Part shown: positions 1-10,190 of the stretch, one piece after another | How positions within the stretch are numbered: position 1 is the first letter of the stretch | Layout: the number at the start of each line of letters is the position of its first letter | IMG/VR virus record: IMGVR_UViG_3300046780_000464 | Coordinates: 12,225-76,224 of that record | Reading direction: 5' to 3' (one strand) | Length of the DNA stretch: 64,000 nt | Source of the DNA: a virus | Notes under the pieces: model-generated | What the model saw: only the letters and a program-made list of their open reading frames with translations | What the model was told of the DNA's origin: nothing | Databases searched by the model: none | Position numbers and translations under genes: made by a program

Positions 1-2198
1 TCAGCGCGGATGTACTGCGACCAGACGTGGGATGGCGCATACATTCGTATCCCCGGCTCTTGGTTTACTTGGTTTAGGTTGATGAGAATGATGCCTCGAC
101 TGTCAGGAACATAAAGAGATCCAAACTGTGACTGCCCACTGACATAGAAACTGTAACCGTTCCCGACATATAGGTTGCCTGACTGGACATAGAGCGAGTT
201 CCAGACTTGCAGCCCGTTCCACACGTTACAATACCCAAAGATATCAGCATTGTTATTACACCAGAAGTAACCGTACTGGGTAAGCTGACCGTTGTTCTGG
301 AGGCTAGTATAGCAAGTCGCCGCACCACCAAAACCAGACGTCCCACTAACACTGAGGGCGCCTGCCATACCAAGACCACCGTTGGTAATACTAGCATTAC
401 CAGTCTGAACATTGAGACCATTATAGACTGTCAGCCCACCATTAACCTGTCCCGCCCCACCCGCGATAAAGCCTCCGGTTTGAACCGTCAGCCCATTGTA
501 AACACTGAGGAAGTTATTGACTTGCAACGTATTGGTTACAGTTAGATTACCGTTGACAGTCCCACTACCAATGGAAAAGCCGGCACCGTATAGAGTACCC
601 GCAATCGTGACATTGCCGCTCGCTACGTTAAGGCCATTATACAGTGTGAGTCCACCGTTGATCTGTGAACCACCGGTACATCCAAGACCGGAGCAGTTGA
701 GAGCCTGCACATTAGTTGTACCAGAATTAACATTCAGACCATTATACATACTAACCAGGCCACCCAGCCCGGTCGCTCCGTTAACGTTAAAGTTTCCGGT
801 CTGAACATTCAGGCCATTATAGACATTCAACCCACCGTTAACCTGCGCAGCACCAGTTACGGTGAGACCACCAATAGTCACACCCCCACCAACTGTTGCT
901 GATCCGTCAACTTGTAAGCTATTAAAGTAGTGTCCAGTTCCATTTAACTCCATCTGATAGCGAATGGCATGTGCTGTTTCATCAGCAAGTGCCCAAATAC
1001 CGTTGCTCAGTGCTCCACACGTCCAGTCACGAGTACCAGCAGCAGTATAGTGAATTCTTGCATAGAACCCATTATCAGCGTAGATTATCCAGGGGTCATT
1101 GCCACCTGGAATATAGGCGCGGCCACCACCCTGAGCATAGAGAGTACCATTTACATTCATCTGTCCGAGGGCAACAGTGGTATTGTGAAGATTGATAGCT
1201 TGCCCACCGGCTGCATAGATATCTGTTGTTACTGGAGCACCAGATCCAATAATCAGCTGATTTGCCGTATTCAACCCAATCAATGGATGGTTAGTACCAC
1301 CAACATCCCGAGCGTATAAGTATGTATTGTTTGGGATAACCACATTGCCATTAACCCAAGCGGAGTATCCAGCAGGGACGTCAAGATAGATATGACCACC
1401 ACCGGCAATGTGTGTACTATTGTCACTAAGCAATCCGATAAGAGGTCGTATCGTGTTACCAGTATCCTTACCGGCGTAACTAATATTGTTATTGAGAACA
1501 GGTATACCATTCTGAAAGATGTATGTCGCTGAACCATCATTGATATAGATATTGTTATCACTACCCTTTAGGATAATACCACGTGCTTGACCGCCGGTAT
1601 CCAGACTATAGTACCAAGTGTTATTTGCCAAGATTGTGCTAACACCTGTCACAAACGAAATATTACCAGTCATCGTGCCACCAGCTAGTGGCAAGTAAGC
1701 ACCAAGGTTAGGCGCCGGTGGTATAACCTGAAAGATATACTTAGATAGAGCACTGTTAAAATTACCAATCCAAACGACATCGTTACCATCATCTGGGATG
1801 TACTGGATAAGCTGCTCACTAATCCAAAGACAGAGACTGTGAGCAACAAACGTACCTTGCCTGATTGCTTTATTATTGAAGTTCGATCGAGCAATACCAG
1901 GCAAGTTACCAGATATCCGCTGCGGATCATTGGCATAGGACGTTTGATCCTCAATGTTAGCGCCACCACCAGTTGCAAACGTAAGAAAATCTGTCCCTAT
2001 AGTCCCCAAAGGAGTAGGTACAGGAGAATCCATCTCCATTTCTTCATCGGTGTTAGATGGAATATCGGTGTAAGTTGGAGTATCCCCTACATCGGTGTAA
2101 GTTGGAGTCTCCAAAGTAGAAGGTAGAGGAGGAGATCCCATCTCCATTTCTTCATCAGGATTAGTTGGGATATTATCACTCATTGGGTGCATCCCCAT
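1..2198 (-). CDS. Tail fibre protein, truncated by the left window edge (absent from the ORF track)
   Basis: Hand translation from ATG 2198 or 2183 gives MSDNIPT...TDFLTFATGGGANIEDQTSYANDPQRISGNLPGIARSNFNNKAIRQGTFVA. This is the baseplate-anchoring N-terminus typical of fibres in DUF2612/baseplate-J myophages. It is followed by YLPLAGGTMTG and G/N/T-rich repeats. The frame was open in the segments I translated (2198-1640 and 120-1); the middle was not fully checked. Confidence 0.8.
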   Translation of the reverse strand, partial: MGMHPMSDNIPTNPDEEMEMGSPPLPSTLETPTYTDVGDTPTYTDIPSNTDEEMEMDSPVPTPLGTIGTDFLTFATGGGANIEDQTSYANDPQRISGNLPGIARSNFNNKAIRQGTFVAHSLCLWISEQLIQYIPDDGNDVVWIGNFNSALSKYIFQVIPPAPNLGAYLPLAGGTMTGNISFVTGVSTILANNTWYYSLDTGGQARGIILKGSDNNIYINDGSATYIFQNGIPVLNNNISYAGKDTGNTIRPLIGLLSDNSTHIAGGGHIYLDVPAGYSAWVNGNVVIPNNTYLYARDVGGTNHPLIGLNTANQLIIGSGAPVTTDIYAAGGQAINLHNTTVALGQMNVNGTLYAQGGGRAYIPGGNDPWIIYADNGFYARIHYTAAGTRDWTCGALSNGIWALADETAHAIRYQMELNGTGHYFNSLQVDGSATVGGGVTIGGLTVTGAAQVNGGLNVYNGLNVQTGNFNVNGATGLGGLVSMYNGLNVNSGTTNVQALNCSGLGCTGGSQINGGLTLYNGLNVASGNVTIAGTLYGAGFSIGSGTVNGNLTVTNTLQVNNFLSVYNGLTVQTGGFIAGGAGQVNGGLTVYNGLNVQTGNASITNGGLGMAGALSVSGTSGFGGAATCYTSLQNNGQLTQYGYFWCNNNADIFGYCNVWNGLQVWNSLYVQSGNLYVGNGYSFYVSGQSQFGSLYVPDSRGIILINLNQVNQEPGIRMYAPSHVWSQYIRA
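2030..2156. repeat. Direct repeats at the 5' end of the fibre gene (19 bp x2, 108 nt apart; 18 bp x2, 27 nt apart)
   Basis: ccatctccatttcttcatc at 2030-2048 and 2138-2156; atcggtgtaagttggagt at 2064-2081 and 2091-2108. Confidence 0.85.
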
Positions 2199-2205
2199 GT
2201 TTCAT

Positions 2206-4236
2206 CTAGGGGTTAACTGATAAGCCAGGTGGCTGAAGAGTACCCCAAGCTCCGATTTCCCACCCATCCACAGAACCGCCGGTGGCATCAAAGCCAAAGA
2301 GTGGTGTGTTAGGCAGAGGTGACATTACATAATCTATTAACATAATACCTTCCGGTTTTAGATCCATTTGACCAGTCACAAATAAAGACTTCAAAACCAT
2401 ATCTGGTTCCGACTCCCATACTAGACCATACATCATGGTCATATTACCAAAATCTTGAATGACCACTTTTAAGCCAGTATAGTGAAACAACGTATCCCAG
2501 GCTTCATAAGCACCTGGTATTGACCCATTCCAATGATTGGCAATGATCGCAGCATATAACAGCAAACGGAAATGATAGTCATCAAGTCTCTGAAGTTTAT
2601 TTGGGGCGTCAAATGGACCCATCCAGTTCGCCTGATTCCAACCAATTCCTTCTTCATCCCAACTAAAGAATGGTGTTGGTACTTCAATCCATCTAGATTT
2701 TCCAATCCATTCGCCTACAAAATCTTCCTGTTCCCCAACGGCATAGTCCAAATCAAATAGCCCAGGTAGCGAAGCAGAAATTAGCTGATCCTGAACATAA
2801 GGATCAACATTAAAACCAATTGTCTGCATGTACTTTGGCTTCTGATTATGTTCAGAAGTAATATAGTTCTGATAATGTTCAACCGGTTGTGTTGGGAATG
2901 GTGCTGGATAGGGTGGTAGAGGCTTTACTAACTCAGCGCCAATATCTATACCAAAGTATGCGGTAATCTCAATAGTTATTGTACTGCTGGTTAATGCGTA
3001 CCATGGACCCGCAAATCCATAGGCACTTGTAGTAAAGCTTGTTGTACCACCCAATAGATGAAGAGCAAATTGACCAAAAGCATTAGCAGCAGTATTTGAA
3101 AGAATGTAACCAGACAGTAAAACAGGAAAATTACTACCGGAAGTGTTAATTTCAGCCGAAACTGTCGAAGTTACTACACCTGCAAGCCATATAGTCTGCG
3201 GGAAGGTACCAAAGAATTTAGCTGAAGTTGTTAAGGTTATCTGACCAGATAAATTTAACGAAGTTGGTATAAAGACCTGCGCTGAACTGGTTATAGAAAT
3301 ATTACCAGAAAGATATTCGTAAGCTGTTTCTAAAACACTAGCCGAAGTAGATATACTAATTTGACCAGACAGCCAAATCGAGAATATACCACCAGGAGTA
3401 GATGTACTGATTGTAGTAATTCGACCAGAAAGATCACCTATGCTTTGACCATGAATATTAGCAGAGGCAGTAGCCTTGATCCGACCAGATAGTAGACCAG
3501 TAATAGAGGGGAGAACACTAACTGAACTTGTTGTAGTGATTATACCACCAATTAGAGGAAATACAGGTGGTACACCAAACCACGATTTTATTGAAGTAGA
3601 AATTCGACCATATAGATAAGGACCAGGACCAGCAAGAAGTTCAGCTGATACTGAAGTAGTAATCCGGCCGTATAAATTAGGACCAGGAAATAGAGCAGTA
3701 GCCAGTACCGAAGTAGTAATCGTACCGGATAAATTGGGACCCACACCAGATAGGAACCCCGAAAACCCAGTAGTTGAAACTATTGTACCATACACAGGTA
3801 CAGGTGAAGTGGCTAGAACATTAGCCGAGGCAGTTATACTTATCTGACTGGATATATAGAAAGGATAAAGAGCAAAAGCTCTAGCTGAGCTCGTTACACC
3901 AACCAGACCAGATAAGACTAATGGATTTACCGGAGGAAGTTGACCAGACGTCATTATAGAAATCTGGCCAGATACAAATACTATAGAAGTAGGAGCTCTG
4001 ATAGAGGTTGTTATAGAAATCTGGCCAGATACTAATACTACAGAGGTTGGAGCACGAGCTGAAGTCGTTGCAGTGATTCGGCCAGATAAGTATAGAAAGT
4101 TAGTGTAGGGAACCCTACCTGAGGTCGTTATAGTGATCTGGCCGAAGACGTTTGAGACAGCCCGACCAGACCCCTCCAATACAGAGTTGGGAGCTCTGCC
4201 TGAGATTGCTACAGTAATCTGGCCTGAGAGATCCAT
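2206..4236 (-). CDS. Baseplate wedge protein (DUF2612-like C-terminus) with an N-terminal repeat extension of about 430 aa
   Basis: C-terminal YQNYITSEHNQKPKYMQTI...LDYAVGEQEDFVGEWIG...LDDYHFRLLLYAAIIANHWNGSI...VVIQDFGNMTM matches DUF2612; N-terminal LSG(Q/R)ITxTTSA repeats of about 20-22 aa; lies downstream of baseplate J. Confidence 0.8.
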   Translation of the reverse strand: MDLSGQITVAISGRAPNSVLEGSGRAVSNVFGQITITTSGRVPYTNFLYLSGRITATTSARAPTSVVLVSGQISITTSIRAPTSIVFVSGQISIMTSGQLPPVNPLVLSGLVGVTSSARAFALYPFYISSQISITASANVLATSPVPVYGTIVSTTGFSGFLSGVGPNLSGTITTSVLATALFPGPNLYGRITTSVSAELLAGPGPYLYGRISTSIKSWFGVPPVFPLIGGIITTTSSVSVLPSITGLLSGRIKATASANIHGQSIGDLSGRITTISTSTPGGIFSIWLSGQISISTSASVLETAYEYLSGNISITSSAQVFIPTSLNLSGQITLTTSAKFFGTFPQTIWLAGVVTSTVSAEINTSGSNFPVLLSGYILSNTAANAFGQFALHLLGGTTSFTTSAYGFAGPWYALTSSTITIEITAYFGIDIGAELVKPLPPYPAPFPTQPVEHYQNYITSEHNQKPKYMQTIGFNVDPYVQDQLISASLPGLFDLDYAVGEQEDFVGEWIGKSRWIEVPTPFFSWDEEGIGWNQANWMGPFDAPNKLQRLDDYHFRLLLYAAIIANHWNGSIPGAYEAWDTLFHYTGLKVVIQDFGNMTMMYGLVWESEPDMVLKSLFVTGQMDLKPEGIMLIDYVMSPLPNTPLFGFDATGGSVDGWEIGAWGTLQPPGLSVNP

Positions 4237-4247
4237 TATAGATCAGA

Positions 4248-4907
4248 TTAGGCGGCAGTGATAACCAAAGAGCTCGCTGGGAACGTCGGCTGCACACCAG
4301 AGATGATGTGTTGTGATGCAACCTTGCGCACCATGCCATTACCAGAGGTATTGGTATTCACTGCCTGTCCACCATTGGTCACCGAGAAACTATCGGTCAA
4401 TGGATTGGTGACAAGAAGTGCCCCGGTAAGACTGCTCTGAAGGAAGGTCGGTGAACTACCACCATACTCTGTTGAGAATACAACAGTATCCCCAACAAGA
4501 TAACCATGCCTGGAAGCCTGTAGTAGAGCAGGCGAGGCTGCAGTGACCTCTGTTGGTTGCCAGGAATAGCTACCAAAGAAATCCCAGGCAAGTAAGTTAC
4601 CAGCAGACACGGCATCATAGAGACCAAAAGCGACAACTGTTCCCCAATCTGCCGTCGAGATGGCAAAGGTTAACGGAGTCGCGTTCGAAATAGTACTCGG
4701 TGAAGACCCGGATGCAACATTCCAAGACGCACCTGTAGTCGGGACACGGGCATAAGCACCACCCGCGCACTCGGTAAATCCGGTACCAGCATCCAGACCA
4801 GCAACGGTAAATAAAGCGATGTAAGTAGTCGGAAGCGGGTAGATCGCTGTCTTACCCACAACATGTGCAAGCAGTCCTTGAGCCGTACGATCAGTTAAAC
4901 CACTCAT
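4248..4907 (-). CDS. Virion structural protein (small beta-rich fibre-associated type) with an internal insertion
   Basis: YIALFT...GGAYARVP...ISNATPLTF..STADWGTVVAFGLYDAVSAGNLL...QPTFPASSLVITAA pattern is common in phage structural genes that precede repeat fibres. Confidence 0.6.
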   Translation of the reverse strand: MSGLTDRTAQGLLAHVVGKTAIYPLPTTYIALFTVAGLDAGTGFTECAGGAYARVPTTGASWNVASGSSPSTISNATPLTFAISTADWGTVVAFGLYDAVSAGNLLAWDFFGSYSWQPTEVTAASPALLQASRHGYLVGDTVVFSTEYGGSSPTFLQSSLTGALLVTNPLTDSFSVTNGGQAVNTNTSGNGMVRKVASQHIISGVQPTFPASSLVITAA

Positions 4908-4919
4908 TTGTTCTCTCCT

Positions 4920-6101
4920 CTAGGAAGGATTGACAGCTACAGTTACTGTAGCAACACTTGCAGTCGCCGCTTCGATATAAGAGACAGTCACATCCGCCGC
5001 AGCAAGAGCGTTACCGTCTCTAGACTGAGAGACTGTAAGAACGTCGTAAGTAAGACCGTCAGGCTCAGCTACCTGAGTTGCAGCAACAACCTTCGAAATA
5101 TAAGAATCGTACCCGATAGGCAATGAGGTAATAAATGCGATTACGCTATCGATAATTTCTGTTTCAATCGTTGCGGTAAAGCCAGGAAGAGCATTAACCA
5201 GAATATGAACCGTAATAGGTACTATAACCAATTCAAAGAAGTTAATGTAAGCAGGTACACCACGACTATCCAAAACCAGAATATTCGTAGTACCAAAGGT
5301 TGGACTACCCGGAGTCTTTCTTAGTGCAATTGCATTGGCTATCTGGTTAATATCCCCACCTTCAACTACCAATGCCATTGAATATGCAGGTAAGCCATTT
5401 CTATCTGGTACAGGTGTCGGATTTTCATAAACCATAACGCGAACAACATCCGGTAGTTCTTCAACTGCACCTTGAATCCCTAAAACCACTGTTTGTGATG
5501 GATTTGCAACCGATATTGTTTGCCTTCTCCTTAATGCTGCGTCTGTCTCAACAGGTTGCCCAGGAACAGCGGCAATAGTATTGATGACTGTTTGCCAACC
5601 CGGTATCGGTAACACAATTTGTGTAAGTGTACCAACATCAGCAGTAATTGCACCTATAGCAGTAGAAGTTGCTGTTACATCAATTAAACCTTCAGGTGGA
5701 ATAGTCACATCAGGTGGCAGTTGCCATACCGTACCAAGGCTTAGATTATCCCCCACAAGTCCTCCACCAATCTGTCGTCCGGCTACACCAATACATTGCA
5801 GCACTACAGTACTAAAACTTGCCCTCTGACGTCTGATACCATTAATCTTAACAACGCTGGATAGTCCAACACCCTGCGCGTAGGTAGGACTATAGGACAG
5901 ATAGGCAGCAACCATAGTTTGATTAGCATCATGGATTGCCGATGCCGTAACTGCAAGCCACTGTCCATCCTGTGTGTCAGGATCTAGATTAACATCATTA
6001 CCATAAATCAGCTGATATTGTTGTTGCAAATACAAAAGCACATCAGTGTAAAGAGGTACACTAATACCATTCGAATCAATAGTTGCAACTGGAGCGGGCA
6101 T
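4920..6101 (-). CDS. Baseplate J-like wedge protein
   Basis: LDPDTQDGQW, SPTYAQGVGLSSVVKINGIRR, GQPVETDAALRRRQ, VMVYENPT...LPAYSMALVVEGG; synteny. Confidence 0.9.
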   Translation of the reverse strand: MPAPVATIDSNGISVPLYTDVLLYLQQQYQLIYGNDVNLDPDTQDGQWLAVTASAIHDANQTMVAAYLSYSPTYAQGVGLSSVVKINGIRRQRASFSTVVLQCIGVAGRQIGGGLVGDNLSLGTVWQLPPDVTIPPEGLIDVTATSTAIGAITADVGTLTQIVLPIPGWQTVINTIAAVPGQPVETDAALRRRQTISVANPSQTVVLGIQGAVEELPDVVRVMVYENPTPVPDRNGLPAYSMALVVEGGDINQIANAIALRKTPGSPTFGTTNILVLDSRGVPAYINFFELVIVPITVHILVNALPGFTATIETEIIDSVIAFITSLPIGYDSYISKVVAATQVAEPDGLTYDVLTVSQSRDGNALAAADVTVSYIEAATASVATVTVAVNPS

Positions 6102-6599
6102 TTAACGAATCCTTGTTGATGGCTGAGGCAAGGATCTATAAACAGGAGGTGGTGGACGCGTTGATTGAGCAATTGGGACGCCAAACTGAATAACAGGTGG
6201 TGCACCTAATGTTTGAGAGATAATAAGCGAAACAGGACTACCATAGACTGTATCAATTACCGCACCAACTGAAAACGAACGCGAGTTGGCATTAAATGCA
6301 CTACCATAATTGCTTACTGTCATAACTCCATTAGTTGTAATGATTCTCTCACGAATAGCTGCATCTCGCGAGAACTGTGTATGTTCAGCCAGTATTCTAC
6401 CCTGTCGAACAACGGACTGGTTCAACGGGAACCCACCCCAAGGGGTTCCCGCAGTGGTATCTAAATACCACTCACCAGCAAACAGAAGCAGCCGAGTCTT
6501 GACGGATTGACCAACCGCTTCTGGTTGGTCTTTCCAAAAATCACCCGCGCTATGACCAAACTGCATATCGCCGTTTTGGTCAAGCTTCCTGTAGCGCAT
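6102..6599 (-). CDS. Baseplate wedge initiator (gp25/GpW-like)
   Basis: MRYRKLDQNGDMQFG...EAVGQSVKTRLLLFAGEWYLDTTAGTPW; directly upstream of baseplate J. Confidence 0.8.
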   Translation of the reverse strand: MRYRKLDQNGDMQFGHSAGDFWKDQPEAVGQSVKTRLLLFAGEWYLDTTAGTPWGGFPLNQSVVRQGRILAEHTQFSRDAAIRERIITTNGVMTVSNYGSAFNANSRSFSVGAVIDTVYGSPVSLIISQTLGAPPVIQFGVPIAQSTRPPPPVYRSLPQPSTRIR

Positions 6600-6835
6600 T
6601 AGTTGGGTGGACTCGGAGGAACAACGGTATCATAACCGTTTGGGGCTACACCGCCGGCGGTACCCGCTTGTTCCTGCAGTTGCCCACCAATTGCTTGAAT
6701 CAATGGTGCAGAAACTCGATAAGGTGCTTCACCAAGTGCAGCAAGTACTTGATTCCACTCCTGCGCTTGCAGGGTCACGGTAAACGGTTGGGTTGCAGGC
6801 ACAGGCGTTCCACTATTAGGCATAGGTGTACTCAT
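6599..6835 (-). CDS. Small hypothetical protein in the fibre cluster (possible fibre chaperone)
   Basis: 78 aa with an amphipathic helix (EWNQVLAALGEAPYRVSAPLIQAI); GAGGAG RBS; TAATG coupling to the next gene. Confidence 0.6.
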   Translation of the reverse strand: MSTPMPNSGTPVPATQPFTVTLQAQEWNQVLAALGEAPYRVSAPLIQAIGGQLQEQAGTAGGVAPNGYDTVVPPSPPN

Positions 6836-6846
6836 TTGACTCTCCT

Positions 6847-7428
6847 CTATGATGGGGAAACAACGGTAACACTATTTGATGGTGGTCCTTGTGTAGTACC
6901 AATCGTATTAGTTGCTGTGACAACACAACTAAAAGTTACACCAACATCAGCAAAGGCAATAGGATAGGTAGCAGCACTTCCAGCAAATGACCCGTCTTCT
7001 CTAGACCACACATACGTATAAGAAGATGGTTCGTTATCCCAAGTTCCCATTGTGCAAGTAAGATTGGAACCAGACTGCTCAGCAAGAGGAGCAGTAACAT
7101 TACTTGGTGGATCCGTAATTGGTGGAGGCGGTGGGCCAACATCGTAAGTAGCAAGCTCGTCAACAATGTTTTGCTGTCTTGTCACTAACCAATCATTTAA
7201 TGCAGTCATTAATTCATCTGACAGTGGTTCTGTTACATTAATTGTAACAGCCATCATCGTAATAGGAGTAGGAATAGGGACACCATTACTATCAGTCGGG
7301 GGCGGTGGCGGTGAAATTGTAAAATTGGACATCGTACCGCCATTATCAAGCATAGTCATAGCCTGCTGGGTACGTTCGCTCTCCCCATGAAGTGTAGTAA
7401 CGGTTGGGACATCGGAATAATCAGTCAT
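6847..7428 (-). CDS. Ig-like domain-containing virion protein
   Basis: C-terminal LTCTMGTW...YTYVW...TYPIAFADVG..FSCVVTATN..GTT..PPSNSVTV; Pro-rich linkers. Confidence 0.7.
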   Translation of the reverse strand: MTDYSDVPTVTTLHGESERTQQAMTMLDNGGTMSNFTISPPPPPTDSNGVPIPTPITMMAVTINVTEPLSDELMTALNDWLVTRQQNIVDELATYDVGPPPPPITDPPSNVTAPLAEQSGSNLTCTMGTWDNEPSSYTYVWSREDGSFAGSAATYPIAFADVGVTFSCVVTATNTIGTTQGPPSNSVTVVSPS

Positions 7429-10190
7429 TAGTTGGCCCCTGCGGTTAATTGTTCAAGCTGTGTTAGTCGCTTCGTGACTGCTTCTAACTTGTCAGTGAGT
7501 TCCTGATTAGCTTTCCATAATATAGCAGTTAATTCATTATAGGCAATGCCCTCCAAGGTTGCAATCCGTGGTTCTATCTCACGCACGGCATTGACCAGTG
7601 CATAAGTCAAAGTATTCACGTTAAGGATTTTCATGTCGGTCATGGGGCCGAGTCCAAGCATGTCAACCATCTCTGGCATGACAGACAATACTTCGTCAGC
7701 AATCAGACCGACATGTTCCTTCCCATCGTCCCTTGTACCACCTTTGCCATTGTAGCAATAGGTTACCGGACGCAACGTCAGAACAGCCTGTAGGCCCTTA
7801 CTGTAGTCTTTGATATCGCGCTTTATGCGGATATCGCTCTGTACCAGTTGCTGGCAAACGACATTGCCGTTAGGAGCATAAAAGGCGGTGCCGTAACGGT
7901 CGCTTTCGACGGCACCATTGCGACACATAACTGCTACTCCGCTACCGGCTCCCCCAGCAGAGCTTCCAGCCGCCGTGACGTTTTGACATACGGTATCGCC
8001 ATTGGGAGCATAGAGGGCAGTTCCACCGGAGTTGGCCTGTACGTAGGCCCCAGCCTGCACGACGCTGTTGGTGTAGAACGGATTATTGGTCCACCACCAG
8101 CCACCATTGTTCCAGACCTGCAAGCCACTGCAAAAAATGTTACCGCCGTCAGCATACATATTGCTACAATGAATATCGCTATCCGTGTGGATTGGGGAGC
8201 CCGTCCACCACCAACCACCATTGTTTCCCCACCAGATGCCATTAACACCAAGGCTTCCATTAGCCTGCATATTGCCTGGGCAGAAGCAATTTCCATTACC
8301 ATCAGCAGTAAAGATATTACCACCACCATAATTCCGCGCCTGAAAGCCGTAATTGTTACCACCGCACTTGACAATAAGATAGTTACCGTCACCATAGACT
8401 AGTGGCCCACCATTACCGTTTACACTACCGTTTCCCCATCCGCTGAGATAAAGATAAGCACCGGTACCTCCAATGCTTCCACTGGTGTTAAGGTTGCCGC
8501 GAGAATAGATGTCGGAGGCGTTTATTCCACCGCCAAAATAAGTCGACGCACCAGTATTGTAATTGATGTAGAGTGTGCCACCACTTATTTCAATATGTGG
8601 TGAACCGTCATCATACATTCTTACCCAAGAGCCACCAGCCTGCTGAACATGAAATCCGACAGTGTTGCTGTTATAGATGACACACTGCCCACCATCAATT
8701 TCCGCATTACCCAATACCTGAAGGAAGTTATCAATCTTTAAATGGTCCCAGAGGTGTGTCCAGCGACTACCTGATGCCCCACATCCAATAATGCCAAGTG
8801 CACCACCATCAAAGACTCGATATGTTATAGACCCAGAATTAGCATCATCACCACTATTGACCATAAGTCGAATGTAATGATTGGTAAAGGAAGCAAAAGT
8901 GTTGCTACCACCCCAGTCACCGCCACCCTGTATCCGCATACTAGCGCCAATCAACGCGTTGCCTGTACAATAAATGCTACCCCCACTATCTACCGTAAAT
9001 CGATCAGCACCATTGTAGAGACGGGCTATACTACCTGTTGAATACCATAACCAGTTGGATCCACCTGCGCGGTCGTTAAACGCTATATTAGCATTACTAC
9101 CTGTTGAGGTGATTGAATTATTAACAGTCAATGTACCGGTTATTGTACCACCAGTCAGGGGCAAATAGTTACTAAGATTTGACCCTACCGCAATCTGACC
9201 TATACTAACATTATCAACCCACAGGATTGCAGCACTACCAGTCCACTGAAAGTTAAAGTTGTTACCTTGAAAGGCTCCAGCAGTACCAGCCCTGGATTGA
9301 TAACCCGCACCTTGTATATAGCCAGCTACCGTTAGCCCACCAATAATAGAAAGTGCACCCGCCCCACTTAACGTTGCCGCAACAGTAGTTCCACCAAACC
9401 ACTGGAATTGTGTATTTGCAGCAGGAACGGAGAACCAAAGTGTACTACCCGTCATGCCAATAGCATAATCAACCGTAGTGGAAGTTACTCCATCCCAAAG
9501 AATAATCTTTGTTCCAGGTGAGTGTGCGAAATAAGTCGGGATATTCAACCCAGTATTGGAAAAATAGATCCAGTTCGATGTAGTATTAGTAAGCAAAAGA
9601 CTCGGTGCAGCGACATTAATCGTTAATGAACCGCTTAATGTACCACCAGTTAGTGGCAGAAATCCAGTGATAGAGGATAGTGGTGTGGGTGCCCATGCCG
9701 AACCGTTCCAAGCTAACAGTTGATTTGTAGCTGGCGTTGTTCCTGTAACTGGAAAACCTCGCAATCCCTGAACAGTTGTAGGGATGTTTATGTTCCCTGT
9801 ACCAGCAACATCCCCTGTTATAGTAATGTTTTGGTTACTCGCAATGTAGTTTTGCGCCTTAATAAAAGCCGTGGTGGCAATGGTGACAGAATTATCACCA
9901 GAGGCCGGCGTAGGCGCTCGTGGATTGCCGGTAAAGAGAGGACTAGCTAAGGGTGCCTTTAGATTATCCGCTGCGTCCACGTAGTTCTTAGGCGTTGCAT
10001 GGTAGGCATTAGCTGGTGCCACCGCATACAAGGTTAGCATGCCGGCCATCTGACCACCAGCAAGTGGTAGATACGGACCAGTACTAACTAGGGTGGTCGC
10101 TTCCCACTTGGATCCATCCCACGTCCACGACATACCAGAATTGGTATAGGTATCACCAACGTTCGGGAACCCTGGATAATCAAGCGCCAT
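7428..10190 (-). CDS. Tail fibre with C-terminal peptidase S74 intramolecular chaperone
   Basis: YLPLAGG/LPLTGGT fibre repeats, ASPLFTGNPRAPTP motif, C-terminal QSDIRIKRDI...LRPVTY...HVGLIADEV then a coiled coil. Confidence 0.9.
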   Translation of the reverse strand: MALDYPGFPNVGDTYTNSGMSWTWDGSKWEATTLVSTGPYLPLAGGQMAGMLTLYAVAPANAYHATPKNYVDAADNLKAPLASPLFTGNPRAPTPASGDNSVTIATTAFIKAQNYIASNQNITITGDVAGTGNINIPTTVQGLRGFPVTGTTPATNQLLAWNGSAWAPTPLSSITGFLPLTGGTLSGSLTINVAAPSLLLTNTTSNWIYFSNTGLNIPTYFAHSPGTKIILWDGVTSTTVDYAIGMTGSTLWFSVPAANTQFQWFGGTTVAATLSGAGALSIIGGLTVAGYIQGAGYQSRAGTAGAFQGNNFNFQWTGSAAILWVDNVSIGQIAVGSNLSNYLPLTGGTITGTLTVNNSITSTGSNANIAFNDRAGGSNWLWYSTGSIARLYNGADRFTVDSGGSIYCTGNALIGASMRIQGGGDWGGSNTFASFTNHYIRLMVNSGDDANSGSITYRVFDGGALGIIGCGASGSRWTHLWDHLKIDNFLQVLGNAEIDGGQCVIYNSNTVGFHVQQAGGSWVRMYDDGSPHIEISGGTLYINYNTGASTYFGGGINASDIYSRGNLNTSGSIGGTGAYLYLSGWGNGSVNGNGGPLVYGDGNYLIVKCGGNNYGFQARNYGGGNIFTADGNGNCFCPGNMQANGSLGVNGIWWGNNGGWWWTGSPIHTDSDIHCSNMYADGGNIFCSGLQVWNNGGWWWTNNPFYTNSVVQAGAYVQANSGGTALYAPNGDTVCQNVTAAGSSAGGAGSGVAVMCRNGAVESDRYGTAFYAPNGNVVCQQLVQSDIRIKRDIKDYSKGLQAVLTLRPVTYCYNGKGGTRDDGKEHVGLIADEVLSVMPEMVDMLGLGPMTDMKILNVNTLTYALVNAVREIEPRIATLEGIAYNELTAILWKANQELTDKLEAVTKRLTQLEQLTAGAN

